Below, one piece after another: positions 1 to 14,693 of a stretch of 64,000 nucleotides of DNA. Source of the stretch: Euprymna scolopes. Its lineage: Eukaryota. Position 1 is the first letter of the stretch; each line of letters begins with the position of its first letter. A program made the position numbers and the translations under genes. A model generated the notes under the pieces. The model was not told where the DNA came from and did no database searches. It saw only the letters and a program-made list of their open reading frames with translations. Where the stretch lies: assembly GCA_053919585.1 (NCBI GenBank), contig CM132807.1; one strand, given 5' to 3'.

Positions 1-1019
1 GCGTCTATATTCGCACAGGAGAAGATAGAAGCCTTTTCAATCCGGCCCGTCTAGATGCACAAACTACAGTCCGCATGATCCTAATCAGGGAAATACTGTT
101 CGCAGAGGATGAAGTATTAGCGGCCTATTCTGGCGAAGCTCTCCAAAAACTCGTTGAGCGCCCAACCCCTGCTTGCAACGAGTTTAGTCTGACAATAAGC
201 CCCATGAGAATACATGTCCTGGCTCAAGATGTCCGCCACTTTCTCTGCATATCCATTGGCGATCACAAACTGGAGGTTGTAAACGACTCCGCCTATCCAG
301 GCACAATTATTTCCAACAACGTCTCGCTGGATGTTGAGCTAAACAAACGCATTGGGAAAGCAGAAACAGCTATGGCCTGCCTGACAAACAGAGCGTGGAG
401 TAACAGCATGCTGACCAGAAACACAAATATGAGGATAGATCAAGACTGCATCCTAGCATATTACTCTTCTGCAGTGAGACATGGACCTTCTACAAGCACC
501 AAGACCGCAGACTAAATGCCTTCCATCTGCGTATTATATGGCAGAACCGCATTCCGAACAAGACGTTCTTGCCAAAGCAAATCTTCCAAGCATGTTTGCA
601 CTCCTATCCCATAGACGTCTGCACTGGATAGGGCACGTCGTTCGCATGCAGAAATGAGTAAATCCCCCAAAGCATCCTGTTTGGCAAGCTGTTAGTCAGC
701 AGTACGCCAACAGGTAGACCGCTCCTCAGATTTAAGTATGTGTGACAAAGGGACTTAAAATCCGGCAACATCAACCCTGTTGACCTGAAATCCTATGCTG
801 CAGACCGTGACTCCTGGAGAGTAAAAGTTCAGAAATGTGTCCGAATGAGCGAGGAGAAAAGAGATGAACAGTGAGAGGAGAAGAGTTTGGAAGAGCATGA
901 CGGGAAGTGCAACAGCATCTGCCGCTCCTGCATAGGTCTGCCCAGTCACAGCAACAGTTTTCTACCTTCAGGTACGATTCTTTATCGTCTATCTCGACGG
1001 AAATGGGACAACAACACAA
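1..1019 (+). mobile_element. RTE-clade (BovB-like) non-LTR retrotransposon, decayed 3' portion (RT C-terminus to tail)
   Basis: Translation gives VYIRTGEDRSLFNPARLDAQTTVRMILIREILFAEDEVLAAYSGEALQKLVER (RTE 'ELLFADD' region), then LDVELNKRIGKAETA and RRLHWIGHVVRM. A C-terminal C-x2-C...H zinc-finger remnant (GKCNSICRSCIGLPSHS) is followed by a short (CAA)-like tail at ~1008-1019. Frameshifts and stops are present. The element continues upstream of the window. Confidence 0.9.
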
Positions 1020-1294
1020 ACGTTAAGAAATCCTTCTAAATTTAATTTGTAAAGTGCTCCCCTTAAAGCATAATTATTTCCTAAACCGAGTGGTATACAT
1101 TTTCTTTATGTCATCCCTAATCTTTGTGTTTATAGTAGGCCATTTAAAGTCCTCTGAGTGTTATTTCATTTAATGCTTACTTAAGAAATACCTTTTCTAC
1201 AAGCGTAAGGTTAGCAATTTGCTTAGAATAGTGCTTCGTATGCCTCCTAAATTCAGGGTTTGAGTAGTGCTCTAGAAGCCTTCTAAAATTTCAC

Positions 1295-1359
<65 letters not shown>

Positions 1360-4300
1360 GTATAAGGAGATATTAAATGAAATCCTGAACTGCTTACTAA
1401 TTTCAGATCATATTATACCGTAAGCTTAAAGTCAAATTAATATTAGTATCAATATGTAAAACGCACTCTCAAGCAGATAAAGAAAACAAAATACACGTGG
1501 TATACCAATAATTAATCAAATTATGTAGATTCACAAGAAAATGTATTGTTTGATGAGAAATACAAATCATTGAAGTTTTAACCTTATAAATGAGGATTCA
1601 ATGAATAGCTCAGACCATTGGCGATCATTTATTAGAAACATTGTTGTAGTTAATTATATATTTTCTTCATAAGCACATTAATTGACAACTAAATTTAAAA
1701 TCTTTGTATAGAAAAGAATATTCTATTGTTGATTGAATAAAAATAAATGAGCAGTGGTAAAATTCAATGCAATGGATACTGGTATATTTTAGACGTGAAT
1801 TAGTCTGGAATATGACTAAAGCTCCCTTCATGATGTGTAATTAGATATACACTTTTAAATTTGACCTCTTTGTAGGGTGGAATAGTGGTAAAAAATACTG
1901 TATAAAAACTGCTAGACTATATCTATATTGTTCNNNNNNNNNNNNNNNNNNNNNNNNNNNNNNNNNNNNNNNNNNNNNNNNNNNNNNNNNNNNNNNNNNN
2001 NNNNNNNNNNNNNNNNNNNNNNNNNNNNNNNNNNNNNNNNNNNNNNNNNNNNNNNNNNNNNNNNNNNNNNNNNNNNNNNNNNNNNNNNNGAGTCTTATGT
2101 TTATAAAATTAAATCATTATGCTGTTGAAAGACCTAATAATCCCCAGCAATCGTCCCTATTGTTGTAATTTTGCATTCTTGAGTTTGCAAAATTTTGATC
2201 CTTTATCTTTACGCAATTGCGCCTAACCAACCTGACATGCAATGAAATGAGACTCCATTAGTCCAGGAATAGTAAAACTCTGTTTTCAATGTTTGCATTC
2301 AATAGCTTACGGCTGGAATCTTTTTCTTGCATCTTGTATCTCCAGGCCTACTAGGAATTTAATGTAATGTGAACAAACATCTTTCTATGCTACATACTAT
2401 TACGAATACACTTATGTGACCTCTAAAATCGAAGAATAGACGAAAAAATGAAATGCATAAAAATTGCTACAAATATCTATAATGTTCTCTGGAGTGCTGT
2501 CGTCAAAGCAATAAAACTTGTTCTTGTCAAGTGGTAAGAATAAGTGCGTTTGTCCTCATTTCTCTATAAATTTTTACAAAACGAACATATCTATGAAGTC
2601 ATATTTTTATGAATATAAATAATTATAATGCCTACATTAAGTAAATCATACATTTTGAGTATTTTAGTCATAAAATTATGATAAATATATTGAAATATTT
2701 AATGAGAAATTATGTATGGTTCATGTCTCATTGAAAGAAAAGGTTAGAGATGCATATATAAATATATAGGAACAAGTCGGTACGATTTTGTTGGTGCGCT
2801 TATGTCAACTAGATAAGACCTATATTCCTAATCATTTTATAGAGTCCATATTAACACTCTAATTTTAATTATGATGGTGTTACGTTTTAGCACCAACGAA
2901 GGTTAAAAACGATTTTTAAATTTAACAAAAAACTCAGTATTTGAAAATATGAAAAATAAGAATTTATTAGACATGCTGAAATGAAAAACGCGCATTACAA
3001 TAATATGGTCTAAACCTTGCTGAGATCGGTCTGTGAAATATATTTAATACATAATGTATTTTGTTTAAAAATATTTATGCGGTGTTGCAGCATTTAAATG
3101 GAAGAACTCAATAAAAACATTTAAATCAGATTAAAAATAAATTGTTTTAAAGATGATTTATATAAATGGCACAACAAATTAAACGTAACATTGCGTTAAT
3201 AAAAAAATATTAGTTGAATCTTCGCGAACAATACCCTATGCATCCTCAAACTTTTTCACGTATAGTTATTAAATTTGTTAGAATAATCCACAAATTGGGA
3301 AGGGAAATGGTTGACAGGTAGCACCGCTCATTCCTACCAACAGGCGTATGTCCCCAGGGAATACTTATAAGTGAAAACCTCATGCACGCTTAACCCTATG
3401 ATTTAGAGCTACCGACTTTGCCATGGTAATCTGCCATAGAAAATGGGGTAGGGTTATATCGCTGACTCTCATTACGGATGTGGAATTTCATGCGCGTCAC
3501 TTATATTGGGTAACCCTCATTATTGTTTATACGTTGGTGTCAATAAAGCTAACCTTTACTATCCTCTCATTTTCGTTTAAGCAAAATTGAGCATACCTCT
3601 AATATTTGGTTATATATTTCAATGAAAACTTCTCCAAAAATTCTGATTTATGATGCTAACTATGTCTGTGATATTGAAAACGAATGTTTGTTTTAGTTTT
3701 TAAGTAAAAAATTATTACAAATGTTACATATTGACTGGACTGCGGTAAATCTAATTGTAAGAAACAAATATTTACAATTTTATATTATCTTAGGAGTTAA
3801 ATAAAAAATACGACATGAGAAAATATATATGGAAGAAGAAATACGTCACGAAAAATGTACAATTTTCATAAAAATCTGTCTTATTTGCACATCTGAGAAT
3901 GTCTCTGATAAAAATATTACTTAATAAATTCCACGATTTATCGGAACAGCGTCCTGGTCGAATATAAGTATATAATTTTAGGGGATTCTACCTGATCACC
4001 AATCACGCTTCAACTAATATATGATTTCTTTAATGTTTAAATAAAAGGCTAATGTCATTACACTCCAGAAATGACAGTGATTATCCAAAATAAGTTCAAT
4101 TGAATATAGCAGAACCAAACAGCTTTTTTGTTTGCTTAAATATTAATTTTCATTCGTTCTAACATTGTATGTATAAAGAACATGGGTATAATATTTTTCT
4201 ACTGATAGTTTTTTTTAAGTGTCTAGCAATTATAGTTATGATGAATTGTAATGTAAATTCATATCTACACCTATAAACAAAGGATCGAAACCGTATGAAT

Positions 4301-7300
4301 AATATGCACCAAAATTAGTCTCCAAAAATGATTATTTATTATTTATTATTGCCAAGCACTGCTCATTAATCATCAAAATATTTTAATGAAACAAAAACCA
4401 TCCAATGTTCTCACGGTAGGTTTAAATCTGCATTATCATTTACAATTATTAACATCAGTTGTTGCGTCTGGAATGTTTTAATTACTTGAACTAAACCTTG
4501 TGTTTCAATAAAGTCAGCACACCAACCCCCTAAAAGACGATAATTTAAATTATATAAACGTCATGGTTATAGAAGGCCATTCTTTTATTTCGTATTGCAC
4601 AGGAAGAATTTGATCGATAACTCGGAGTTGAGTTTAAGAAACACCTGCGAGTCATTAATTATGAACATTCCTGGGACGCGAAAATCTCATTAATTATGAA
4701 CGGCTTTAAAAGGTTTCGCAATGAGCAATACAATTCTACAGTAATCCAGGCTTGTAAATACGTGTCTCCCATATCCCTATATATAAAAGAACATATTGAA
4801 AGTGTGCTTCCACGGAGGGAAAGTAAACAACGCTACATGTGGGTTATTCAGAAGATGAAGTGCTACGTGTACGTGTTGTAATAGACATTGTTTGAATTTA
4901 TCGAAGTATTACCATCTTGTATTTGTTGTAACTGAAATAGTTTTTTTTGTAATTTCTTTGATTCTCAAATCTGTTGAAAGCTTTAATATTGAAAGTAACA
5001 AAAGTCAAACAGTCAGCTACGAAAGGAATTGTCTAATATAGAAAAAATATGTTCATTAATAATATATCGCTCTATCTGGATAATGCTTCAATTACATAAT
5101 ATTTATCGGATTAAATTAAGAAACATTTTATAAATTATGACTAGGGATATGACAACAGCATATTATTTTATTGTTCTGACTCGCAAGTATAGTTCCGACA
5201 CAGTTAGAGACAATTACCAAACCGAAAACCACATCATTCTACTTAAAAACGTATACGGTGTCAATGGATATATACCTGAGAATCAGAACAAAGAAGATAA
5301 TATGCTGTTGTCATTGCCTAAATTATGACTATTAGAAATAAAATAATTTATTCTTTTAATGGTCTTTATCCTAGCCTAATGTAATTTATTTCAATTAAAT
5401 TATTTTTATCAATAAACAAGTTGGCAGTATTTACTTTCAGAGAATAATTTCATAACAGAAATAAACATTTATATACGTTTTAAAAATCCTTAAACTCAAA
5501 TTAACATTCTAATAGGCATGGTATTATATAAGTACTGATCAATTTAAAAGCATATAATAAATATCAAATTTTTGGCGGTGTGTATATTTTATTTCATAAT
5601 ATTTGTTACGCATTAAAATCTTAATCAACATTTTGAGTATTACGGGAAACACTATTTACATAAGGATTATCAAATATTGACATGATATACACGGTACCAG
5701 AAGCTTGCATTAATTTATGAGGAAGGTAAACAACAGAACCGAAATCCAATTATAAGAGAAAACGTTAATACTCACCAAAGGTAAACTTGAGCATGCATAA
5801 AATGGATAGATTGGTTAAATGAGGACAAAAAACACAGATTATACATCGGTATATCCATGGTAATTGAAAACAATTTTACTATAGGGAACACCGTTTTTTA
5901 TCGAATACTAATGTGCTAAACAATATGTGTAAGCATTTTAGCTATTTTAGATATATAAATGTTTAATTTATGAATTTGTAGAGATCTAATATTCTCAAAT
6001 TCTAAGAAGTTATCAAGCCTATCGTCGGAAAAATAGAAGGTAACCTAATACGAATTATAGTCTTGATACATTAAGGAGATAATGTAATCCTTAAAATTGG
6101 CACAATTATACAGTTTTAATATTTAAAGGCACATAGATATCATTCATAGTGTATTTACCTATAATACACATCACATGATTAACATTAACATCGTTTACCA
6201 GAATAGATTATAGTTCCTGCGCTTCTATACGCACATTGGCTGTGATTGTATGCAGAAATAAACAAAANNNNNNNNNNNNNNNNNNNNNNNNNNNNNNNNN
6301 NNNNNNNNNNNNNNNNNNNNNNNNNNNNNNNNNNNNNNNNNNNNNNNNNNNNNNNNNNNNNNNNNNNNNNNNNNNNNNNNNNNNNNNNNNNNNNNNNNNN
6401 NNNNNNNNNNNNNNNNNNNNNNNNNNNCAACTCGGTTTTATCAAGGTCACAGTGTCGACATTTCCATATAGTCCCAGCGCTGAAAATTAGTCTCGCAATC
6501 AGAAAATATTATTTAAAAATTTTCACAGAATACAGACGAAAGTCAGAAAGGAAGCAAAACTGCTTCGTTATTGCTTACTCAATTTTTTGTCTAGGAATTT
6601 AGTACTCCGTCTCTACGCAGGCCCAGTCAAACCTGATCGTCCGTGTTTATTGGGGGCTAACCCATCTACCCTGCACTTCTGTCGTCAACACCCAAACAAA
6701 ACAAGTATTCCTTATCGGACATTAATGCAATTGACCTCTACGATTTATACATATAAACTTGTATTTTCAGTAGAGTAAAAGTAAAGTAATTTACATATAC
6801 TTTCGACTATTATTAAAATTACGCTAAATTAAGCGCAAAGTCGTTAGTGTATTAACCTACGAAAAATTGAAGGAAGTAATGGCGCGGTAGTTGATTCATA
6901 TTTGCTGACTTTCGACTGCATTCTGGAAGATTATATTATAAAATTAATTTTTGAGTTTTAGGTTCATTTGTATGATATAAAATATCAAACGGTAATCAAT
7001 CCGTAAAAGTTCCTGATGATGTGTTTGTATTGTTATTAATTTATAATGTCTCCACACGGATTGAACAATTAAAACGTATTGTATTTTACTTGTTTGTAAA
7101 AAATCTTATAAAATCACATACACACTTATGTGTGTGTGTTAGATTTAATAAGTCATCTCAGCTAATCAAAAACGATCTTATACATTACACATACTAGCAC
7201 ACACATTATATGTTTATATGCGTGGCTGTTTTTGTTGCTGTGCGTATGTGCGGGTGAGTCTCTAAGATCCGACATCATACAATCTGTCATTATTTTTTTT

Positions 7301-7424
7301 TTGGGGGGGGGGGTATTTTAAGTTGAACTTTCCTTTTGCGCAGAACTTACATTGAGGTATTCTGAAAATGTAAACACATTAACCTAAGATTTACTATGCG
7401 ACGTCAAATGTATGTATTAATGTA

Positions 7425-7492
<68 letters not shown>

Positions 7493-7493
<1 letters not shown>

Positions 7494-8150
7494 TGCTGTA
7501 GCATGCCACGCGTTGTTGTGGCTCAAATTGGCGCAATGTAAGAAAATCCAAATCGAAAAATAGCATGTTTCTTATAGGCTTAATTTACTTGCAGGTATGG
7601 GTACACAGTTTTTTTATTGTTCCATTTTCTAAGCAGATATAGAGATTCTCTAGTTTGCTGACTCTTGAACACGCAGCATAAATTGTCCATGTGAGAAACA
7701 GTCATTGCCTAGCTGTAATCTACACAATTTTAAAGCTTTGTTGGAGATGATGGCCAACGACTATCAAATTGGAAAACGCAATTTCCTAAAGTGCAGTGGT
7801 GTATCCGGGTGAATCATAGGAATACGTGGAATGAAAATATATTCACCTCTGAAAGGTCCGGTTAAGATTGTTGTTTTTATGAAGAAGTTGTTTATTAATT
7901 TGTTATACTGTTAGCAATATGCTTCGATTGGTGTATGTTTCACAACATGATAATTAGTACGCCAATTTTCAATTGGAGTACATACGATCGCATCCTTGAA
8001 AAATCTAGCTGTTGGCTAATTAACCACTTTATCTGCTTCCACATAAGTGTCGATGGATTTGTATGTGATTACTTCACTTGGAATTTTAGACTGAATAATA
8101 TCAGTAAGTTACTCGCTTAGCCAACTGGAATTTGTATGATTAAAATATCC
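7493..8150 (-). mobile_element. Helitron relic: 3' end plus decayed PIF1-like helicase C-terminus of RepHel
   Basis: Minus-strand translation (with stops and shifts): IQSKIPSEVITYKSIDTYVEADKVVN, VLQLKIGVLIIML, TILTGPFRGEYIFIPRIPMIHPDTPLHFRKLRFPI and DCFSHGQ..YAACSRVSKLENLYICLENG. These match the Helitron helicase motifs. The 3' hairpin GCCACAACAACGCGTGGC is followed by a degenerate CTAG end next to (TA)n. The 5' boundary was not determined. Confidence 0.92.
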
Positions 8151-8179
8151 CTTTTTTACCTTCTCTTCTATTGATATAA

Positions 8180-8640
8180 TCTATTATATCTATAAAAGTG
8201 AACGTGTCTGTCTGTGTGTCTGTGTGGCTGTGTGTCTGTGTGTCTGTCTGTCTGTGTACATTTCCCTACGCAATAACTCTGTCAATTTTTAGTCTATAGA
8301 CTCGAAATTTGAAATACTGGGTACTGAGATTTGGGAAAATCGATGTGACGGGTGTCAGCCAGAAATTTGGCTGTTAAGGGGTCAAATGTTCAACGATTTG
8401 ACCTTTAAGAACTCTACCAAACTCCTCCGACAATTTTGGGTCTAGACACTTGAATTTTTAGATATAGGTTCCTTGAACATGGATCTAACTTAATAAAGTG
8501 ATTTGAGCCCGAAACAATAAATTTTAAGGGGTCATAATAGGGGTCAAAGTTTAAAAAAAATTGACCGCTTTTTCTTTTTCTTTTTTTTTTTCTCAACATA
8601 CACCTCTAAACACCCGGGCAATGCCGAGCTGAAATGTTAG
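8180..8640 (+). mobile_element. Non-autonomous Helitron family A, copy 1 (inserted next to or into the helicase-bearing Helitron)
   Basis: Starts A|TCTATTATATCTATAAAAGTG followed by a (TGTC)n tract. Ends with hairpin CCCGGGCAATGCCGAG then TTAG|T. Homologous to 35305-35784 and 35785-36219. Confidence 0.88.
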
Positions 8641-9126
8641 TTAAATTATAGAAATTAAAAGTCAAAGAAATTCTCCCTAAACTCGGATCAGCCGGAACTT
8701 TTTCGTACCCAGTGATGCAAAAACTTTGTGGGGATCGAGCATTCTGCATATGGATACTCATATATGGAGTTAAATTTGGTGTCTTAACATGGCGAAATGA
8801 AGGAGAAATCCTTTTAGACGGAGGAAATTTTAATTTTTGTTATAATGAAAAGTATCCCTTTTTTTCGGGAGCGTGATTTTCCATACATTAAAAACTGACC
8901 GGGTTCTTCTGACACCCTTATCTCCCAAAATGTAGTCTGCTAATATTTTAATCACGTGATTACGCTATTCTGATAATAATATAAACCATTCGTTAAAGTG
9001 CCGCTTGTTATTGATTTAACTGAATACGATATTTAAAAGTACTTTATTGGTACTTATGCACATTTGTTACTAGGCAAGAGGGTGTGTTGTAAGAATTCTG
9101 CACTTTCAAATACGTTATAATAAAAC

Positions 9127-9130
<4 letters not shown>

Positions 9131-9190
<60 letters not shown>
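9131..9190. repeat. (TA)n microsatellite (representative of dozens across the window)
   Basis: Pure TA run. Similar tracts occur at about 1295, 7430, 9812, 17725, 23020, 27467, 33260, 37628, 42590, 44076, 49741 and 60070, among others. Confidence 0.99.
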
Positions 9191-9193
<3 letters not shown>

Positions 9194-9810
9194 GTCGGGG
9201 TTGATTTAGTGAGAGTAAAGACCGTTTGAACAAATTCACATTGGTTTAAATTTGTCATTATAAAAAACATTTTATTTTCAGTAGCGTATACTTATATTAA
9301 GGAACTGGCGAGTGTTTTGTAACTGTTCTGTTCTTTCACCTACTAATTTAATAAACACTTTTTTAATAACACGGTAGCATAAGTACATAACCGCAATCTA
9401 TTAAAATAGTTCCTTGTCAAAGGACTGTTCACAATGATTTAAATTTAATGTGTTGTGTAATTATTAAAAAAATAAATAAAATTAATAAATTTTTTTACTT
9501 GTGCATAATTTTTTCTATTTTAATCATTTCCGACTTAAAAAATGTACTAATTCGTCAGTGGTGCTTTATTTTATTATTTTACTGACTATTTTAGATAGAT
9601 AAAATAAAGACCATTTAAAACTACTTCAAAGTATTAAAAAATAGTGAGCAGGGTAGGTAAAAATAATTCATTTTAGTAATGATAACCAGAAATTTCTATC
9701 TGGGTATAGGTTACAGGGAAATTATTTCCAACACGCATTTAGGTAAAAATCCACTTTCGTAAATAATTGAATTCATTCAAAACGGATCGCAAAAACAAAA
9801 ACAAATAACG

Positions 9811-9884
<74 letters not shown>

Positions 9885-10624
9885 GTCATAATATTTATCA
9901 CTTTTTAAATAGTATCTTTACCTTTTATCGCGGTTTCTTTAGAATCCCAACATAATTATTGCTATTTGCGACGTCTACTTTCTATATAAGTTGAACTTGT
10001 GACACTTTTTATTTTGCCGCAGATGAATTTTATTATTATTCTACATTATTGCCTTATCTGTATATGACTTCAACCGGTTTATTATTCTTATCATTATTGT
10101 AAATTGTATACGCTATATTGATTATTGATTGTATATTTTAAATATATGCCTCACTTTTATATAAAAATCGTATTATTTTATTTGATTTGTTTTATTCTTT
10201 ATTATTTTCTATATTTACATATTTATTATATTATTTTTTTATTATCATACTCTACTTCTTCTCTCCAATAATTCTCTGTATCAAACATATTTATTATAAT
10301 TTTAATATAAGCAACTGAAATGATTTAATACTAGTATAGTTTTTCTCAGTTCATAAATCTTATTTTCTATCTCCTACATGCGTATATATTCACTGTCTCC
10401 CGATTTAATTTTTTCTATTTGTTTTTTTGTGTTTTATTAAAAAATTTTGTTTATCGTTATCATTGCAAGGTTGAATCTCTGTGAGTCTCTGTGACACAGG
10501 AAATCTATTTGTTTAATGTTGCATGTATTTGATCGAAACAGTTGCATTGCTATTAACCAAACTTCGTAAATTGTTTATTTGAAATTAAATAAAATCGTGT
10601 ATATGCATATATATATATGTATAT

Positions 10625-10672
<48 letters not shown>

Positions 10673-10675
<3 letters not shown>

Positions 10676-10819
10676 AACAAATAGTTAATAAAACATGTTT
10701 AAAACATATTACATAAGGTTGAGATTACTTTAAAAATATTAATTCTTTAATATTTATAATATACTTTAGTTTGCCCATCTTGGATCATTTTTGTAAGTTT
10801 ACTTGTAATTTTTATTTTT

Positions 10820-10820
<1 letters not shown>
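10673..10820 (+). repeat. Short dispersed repeat embedded in (TA)n, copy 1
   Basis: tttaatatttataatatacttta...ccatcttggatcatttt is also found at 50502-50605. Confidence 0.7.
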
Positions 10821-10873
<53 letters not shown>

Positions 10874-11309
10874 ATGTGTGTGTGCGTGTGTGTGTGTGAT
10901 TACTTTATTTAAACACATGAATTAAGAAGATATAATTTTATGCGTAAATTGTTAGTATTTACTCCAACTGTGCTCAATACACAGGTAAAGCTAGGTAGTA
11001 AGTAATACACAGAATATTCCGCATTTCATTCTCGTGGAAATTCGTCATGCTTATTCCTGTATGCTTACGTAAAAATGGATCGGTGTTATTGCTTCATGCA
11101 ATACAATGAATTGGGGTATCCAAATGTCTAATAAGATCGAGTACTCCTTCTATTGTGGCAGATAATGCTTTACAAGTAATTTACAGAATATCCGTCTTAG
11201 TCTCTGACCGGCCTGAAATGCACAAAATTCATTAACTGTAAAATCCAAAATACTGAACAGCTTTCTACTATATTTTCGTTTAATAAGCCTAACATTTTTC
11301 TTACATGGG

Positions 11310-13409
11310 CGTCACCACTTATCAAGGCCGATAGGCCACTCAAGGATAAGGGTTAAAGAGTGTAGAGTAGTCAACAGGTCAATGAAGTAATCGATATTAA
11401 TGGAAGTTCTATAAATTTGTTAATTTAAGTGGAACGGCCCATCAGAAACTTGTTCACGTTGAACTTGAAGACAACCATATTATAGACAGCTGGAAAGCAG
11501 GAAAACGGAAGACAATTCCACAGGCGTGCAGTTCTAAGAAAGACGCTTTGATCATGGAATCTATGTTTAGGTTTAGGTACAGATAAAGAGTGGGGAAAAT
11601 TATTGATAATGTTTTCAGCTAGTCTAGTGTTTCTTGTGAAAGTTTGGCGAGGGGGCGATTGAAGCTCAGTCGAACACTTTCCATCAAATAACGATAAAGC
11701 AGAGACAAACTCGCAACATCTCTTCTGTGAGATAGAGGTTGCAGCGAAGAGAAAAGGACATCTCCCACCAGGCCACGAAGTCTATTTTGAACCCTATCAA
11801 GGCAGGACAAGTATTTTCTAGCAGCTGCTGCCCATATGTGGCAACAGTATTCCATCCTTGGAAATATCTGGCTCTTATATAGATAGAGAATTGCATCAGC
11901 AGTGAGATATCTACTTGATCGATAGAAGGATCCGACCATTTTTCCAGCGGCCTTGGCAACAGATTTGATGTACGTATTCCATTTAAGATAAGGAGTAAAG
12001 TCAAGCCAAGAAGCCTGTCAAAACTTGAGGCCTCCCCAAGACGAGAGCCATTCATTTTAATTGATGCCAGATGGAGATCAGAACGTTGATGATGTAAAGA
12101 TAGAGGCTTGGTTTTAGATGCATTAAAAGTAACCAACCACTCCCTTCCCCATTGTACAACGTGATAAAGATCAGAGAGGAGAGAATCGGAGAGAACTTGG
12201 TCGTTTACTGTCTTAGATGAGCTACCATAGATGGCAGTGTCGTCAGCAAAAAATGTCTACGAATGAGGTAAGGTTGTGATTTGGAAGATCATTAATGTAG
12301 ATCAGGAAAATAGTTGGGCCCAGGATGGACCCCTGAGGGACTCCAGCATTTATACTGTTTCTGATTTTTTTCCCATCAACTACTTCTCTTATGAACCTAT
12401 CAGAGAGAAATGATTTAATAATTGAGAAGACATTTCCAGCTATACCATAGCTGGAGATCTTGTGAAGTAAACCATTATGCCATACCCTATCAAAGGCCTT
12501 GGATATGTCAAGATCAATTGCCCTAGAAAGGTTGCCTCTGTCGAGAGATTCGCTAATCCTATGAGATATAACTGTAAGCACATCTGCTGTAGATCTAGCA
12601 GAACGGAAACCATATCGTGTGTCACTAAGAAGGTTATTTTTGCTGAGATGGTTGATTACTTCTGTATTGAACACATATTCCAGCAACTTACTCATGACGC
12701 ACAGGAGACTTATTGGCCTGTACTGAGAGGGGGATGAACGATAACCTGAATTCTTTAATACAGGGCATGCAAATGAGATTTTCCAGGGTGATGGGAAGCA
12801 ATTTTCCTTAGGACAACGTTTAAACAGTTTTGTAAGTATGGGTGCTAGTTCTGGATGAAGTTTTTTGAGTACTATAATTGAAATACCGTCAGGGCCGGTT
12901 GCTTTACTAGAATCAAGGTTTTTTATTAGCTTGGCAACATCACATACTGATATTTGTATATCACATAGTGTGTTTTCTGATACAGGAGGAAATATTGGGG
13001 GTTGGCGGCCTTGGTCGCAAAGCGTAGAATCGGCTGCAAAGTTCTTGGCAAAGAGTTTGGCTTTGTCTGATGCTGACGAGATTAACTCAGGTTCATTGAT
13101 GATAGTTGGGATAGAGCACACGCTTTTGTTCAGGATTATGTTTGCAATTTTCCAAAACTGGTGGGAACCAAGCCGCTGCTCAGCTACTTTGGACTTGACG
13201 GACTGACTATACAACTATCTTGCGTTCTTTATTACTTTCTTACAATGGTTGCTGGCAGCCATGAAAGCGACTTTAGTTTCCATACATCTATTACGTTTGA
13301 AGCAGTGGAAAAGGTGATTTCTGTGCGCAATAGCAGCAGCACATTCTGGAGAAAACCATGGCTAGCTGTTAGGTTTTTGCATGAGGATAAAACGCGGAAT
13401 ATTCTGTGT
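11310..13409 (-). mobile_element. CR1-group (CR1/L2-like) LINE, ORF2 reverse transcriptase pseudogene plus 3' UTR
   Basis: ORFs 12243-13214, 11684-12136 and 11619-11939 carry KATGPDGI, YRPISLL, YGFRSARST, DISKAFDRVWH, GVPQGSILGP, a frameshifted FADD and MEYCCHIW. The 5' end runs into an N block. Confidence 0.93.
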
Positions 13410-13614
13410 NNNNNNNNNNNNNNNNNNNNNNNNNNNNNNNNNNNNNNNNNNNNNNNNNNNNNNNNNNNNNNNNNNNNNNNNNNNNNNNNNNNNNNNNNNN
13501 NNNNNNNNNNNNNNNNNNNNNNNNNNNNNNNNNNNNNNTGGAGTAGACTAGGCATGCATATATTTTCGTATAGATTCATGTTGTATATTACGCGTATACT
13601 AATATGTATATATA

Positions 13615-13664
<50 letters not shown>

Positions 13665-14693
13665 TATATCATTACAAATATAATATATAATAATATATTA
13701 TTACAAATATAAATCTTATCGTATGATGATAGATGTTTATTTTCGACGCAAAAGCACTTAGAATTTTAAATATACCTTCACATCCAAAATAAAATGTCAT
13801 AAATATATATGGTATAATAAAATATAAACAATGTTTTATAATTATACACCCTCTTTTATGTTTCTTATTATAGGAATTTTTCTCATTATAAAATATATAT
13901 TTTTAATTTGATCCGTAAACTTTCTAATATAGATATTATATTTCCTCATACATATGGTGCAATCTGTTGTGATTGTTTGATTACGATCCTTACTAAATAA
14001 TTATGTTGCACGAGTGTGCAATTTACTATTCTCATATATTTAAGTTTTGTCTCAATCTTCATGTTATTATTTTTATTTATAAATGTCAGCAATATTTGGT
14101 ATATTTATTTTATCATTAATAATAATGGTAGTAGAAGGTATTGCTATAATCGTATATTTCTTAGAAGTCACTTTATCTTCAAATCTTTTGTTTAATTTGG
14201 AACTAGAACTATTATACAGTATTGTGTTTTGAAGATCAATACAATAACTCTAACATATTTCCAATATATTAGGGTTTACAATTTATAATTCAAAATACAA
14301 TAACTCTAACATATCTCCACATAATTGTTATTGAAAGTTAATATGATATCGCTTAGATTAATAATGATCTAATAGGAAAACGCATTTTACTATGCTACTT
14401 CGTATTTCGGATATACCTATGAATTAAGCACTTTGTTCGTGGGGAAAACAAGTAAAGAACTAAACTGTATCAAAGATGATAAACTATGTTTATTTTCTTT
14501 AAACTGATTCTTTAAAGGCCATTAAACGAATTCTCATAAATTACTATTAANNNNNNNNNNNNNNNNNNNNNNNNNNNNNNNNNNNNNNNNNNNNNNNNNN
14601 NNNNNNNNNNNNNNNNNNNNNNNNNNNNNNNNNNNNNNNNNNNNNNNNNNNNNNNNNNNNNNNNNNNNNNNNNNNNNNNNNNNNNNNNNNNNN

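Noticed and set aside
6185-6602. ORFs and apparent splice sites around the N block, suggesting a masked exon
   Set aside because: The ORFs are open only because of the Ns, the flanking peptides are unrecognisable, and other N blocks behave like masked microsatellites.
12477-13206. Plus-strand ORFs 12477-12737 and 12865-13206
   Set aside because: They are antisense shadows of the LINE RT frame.
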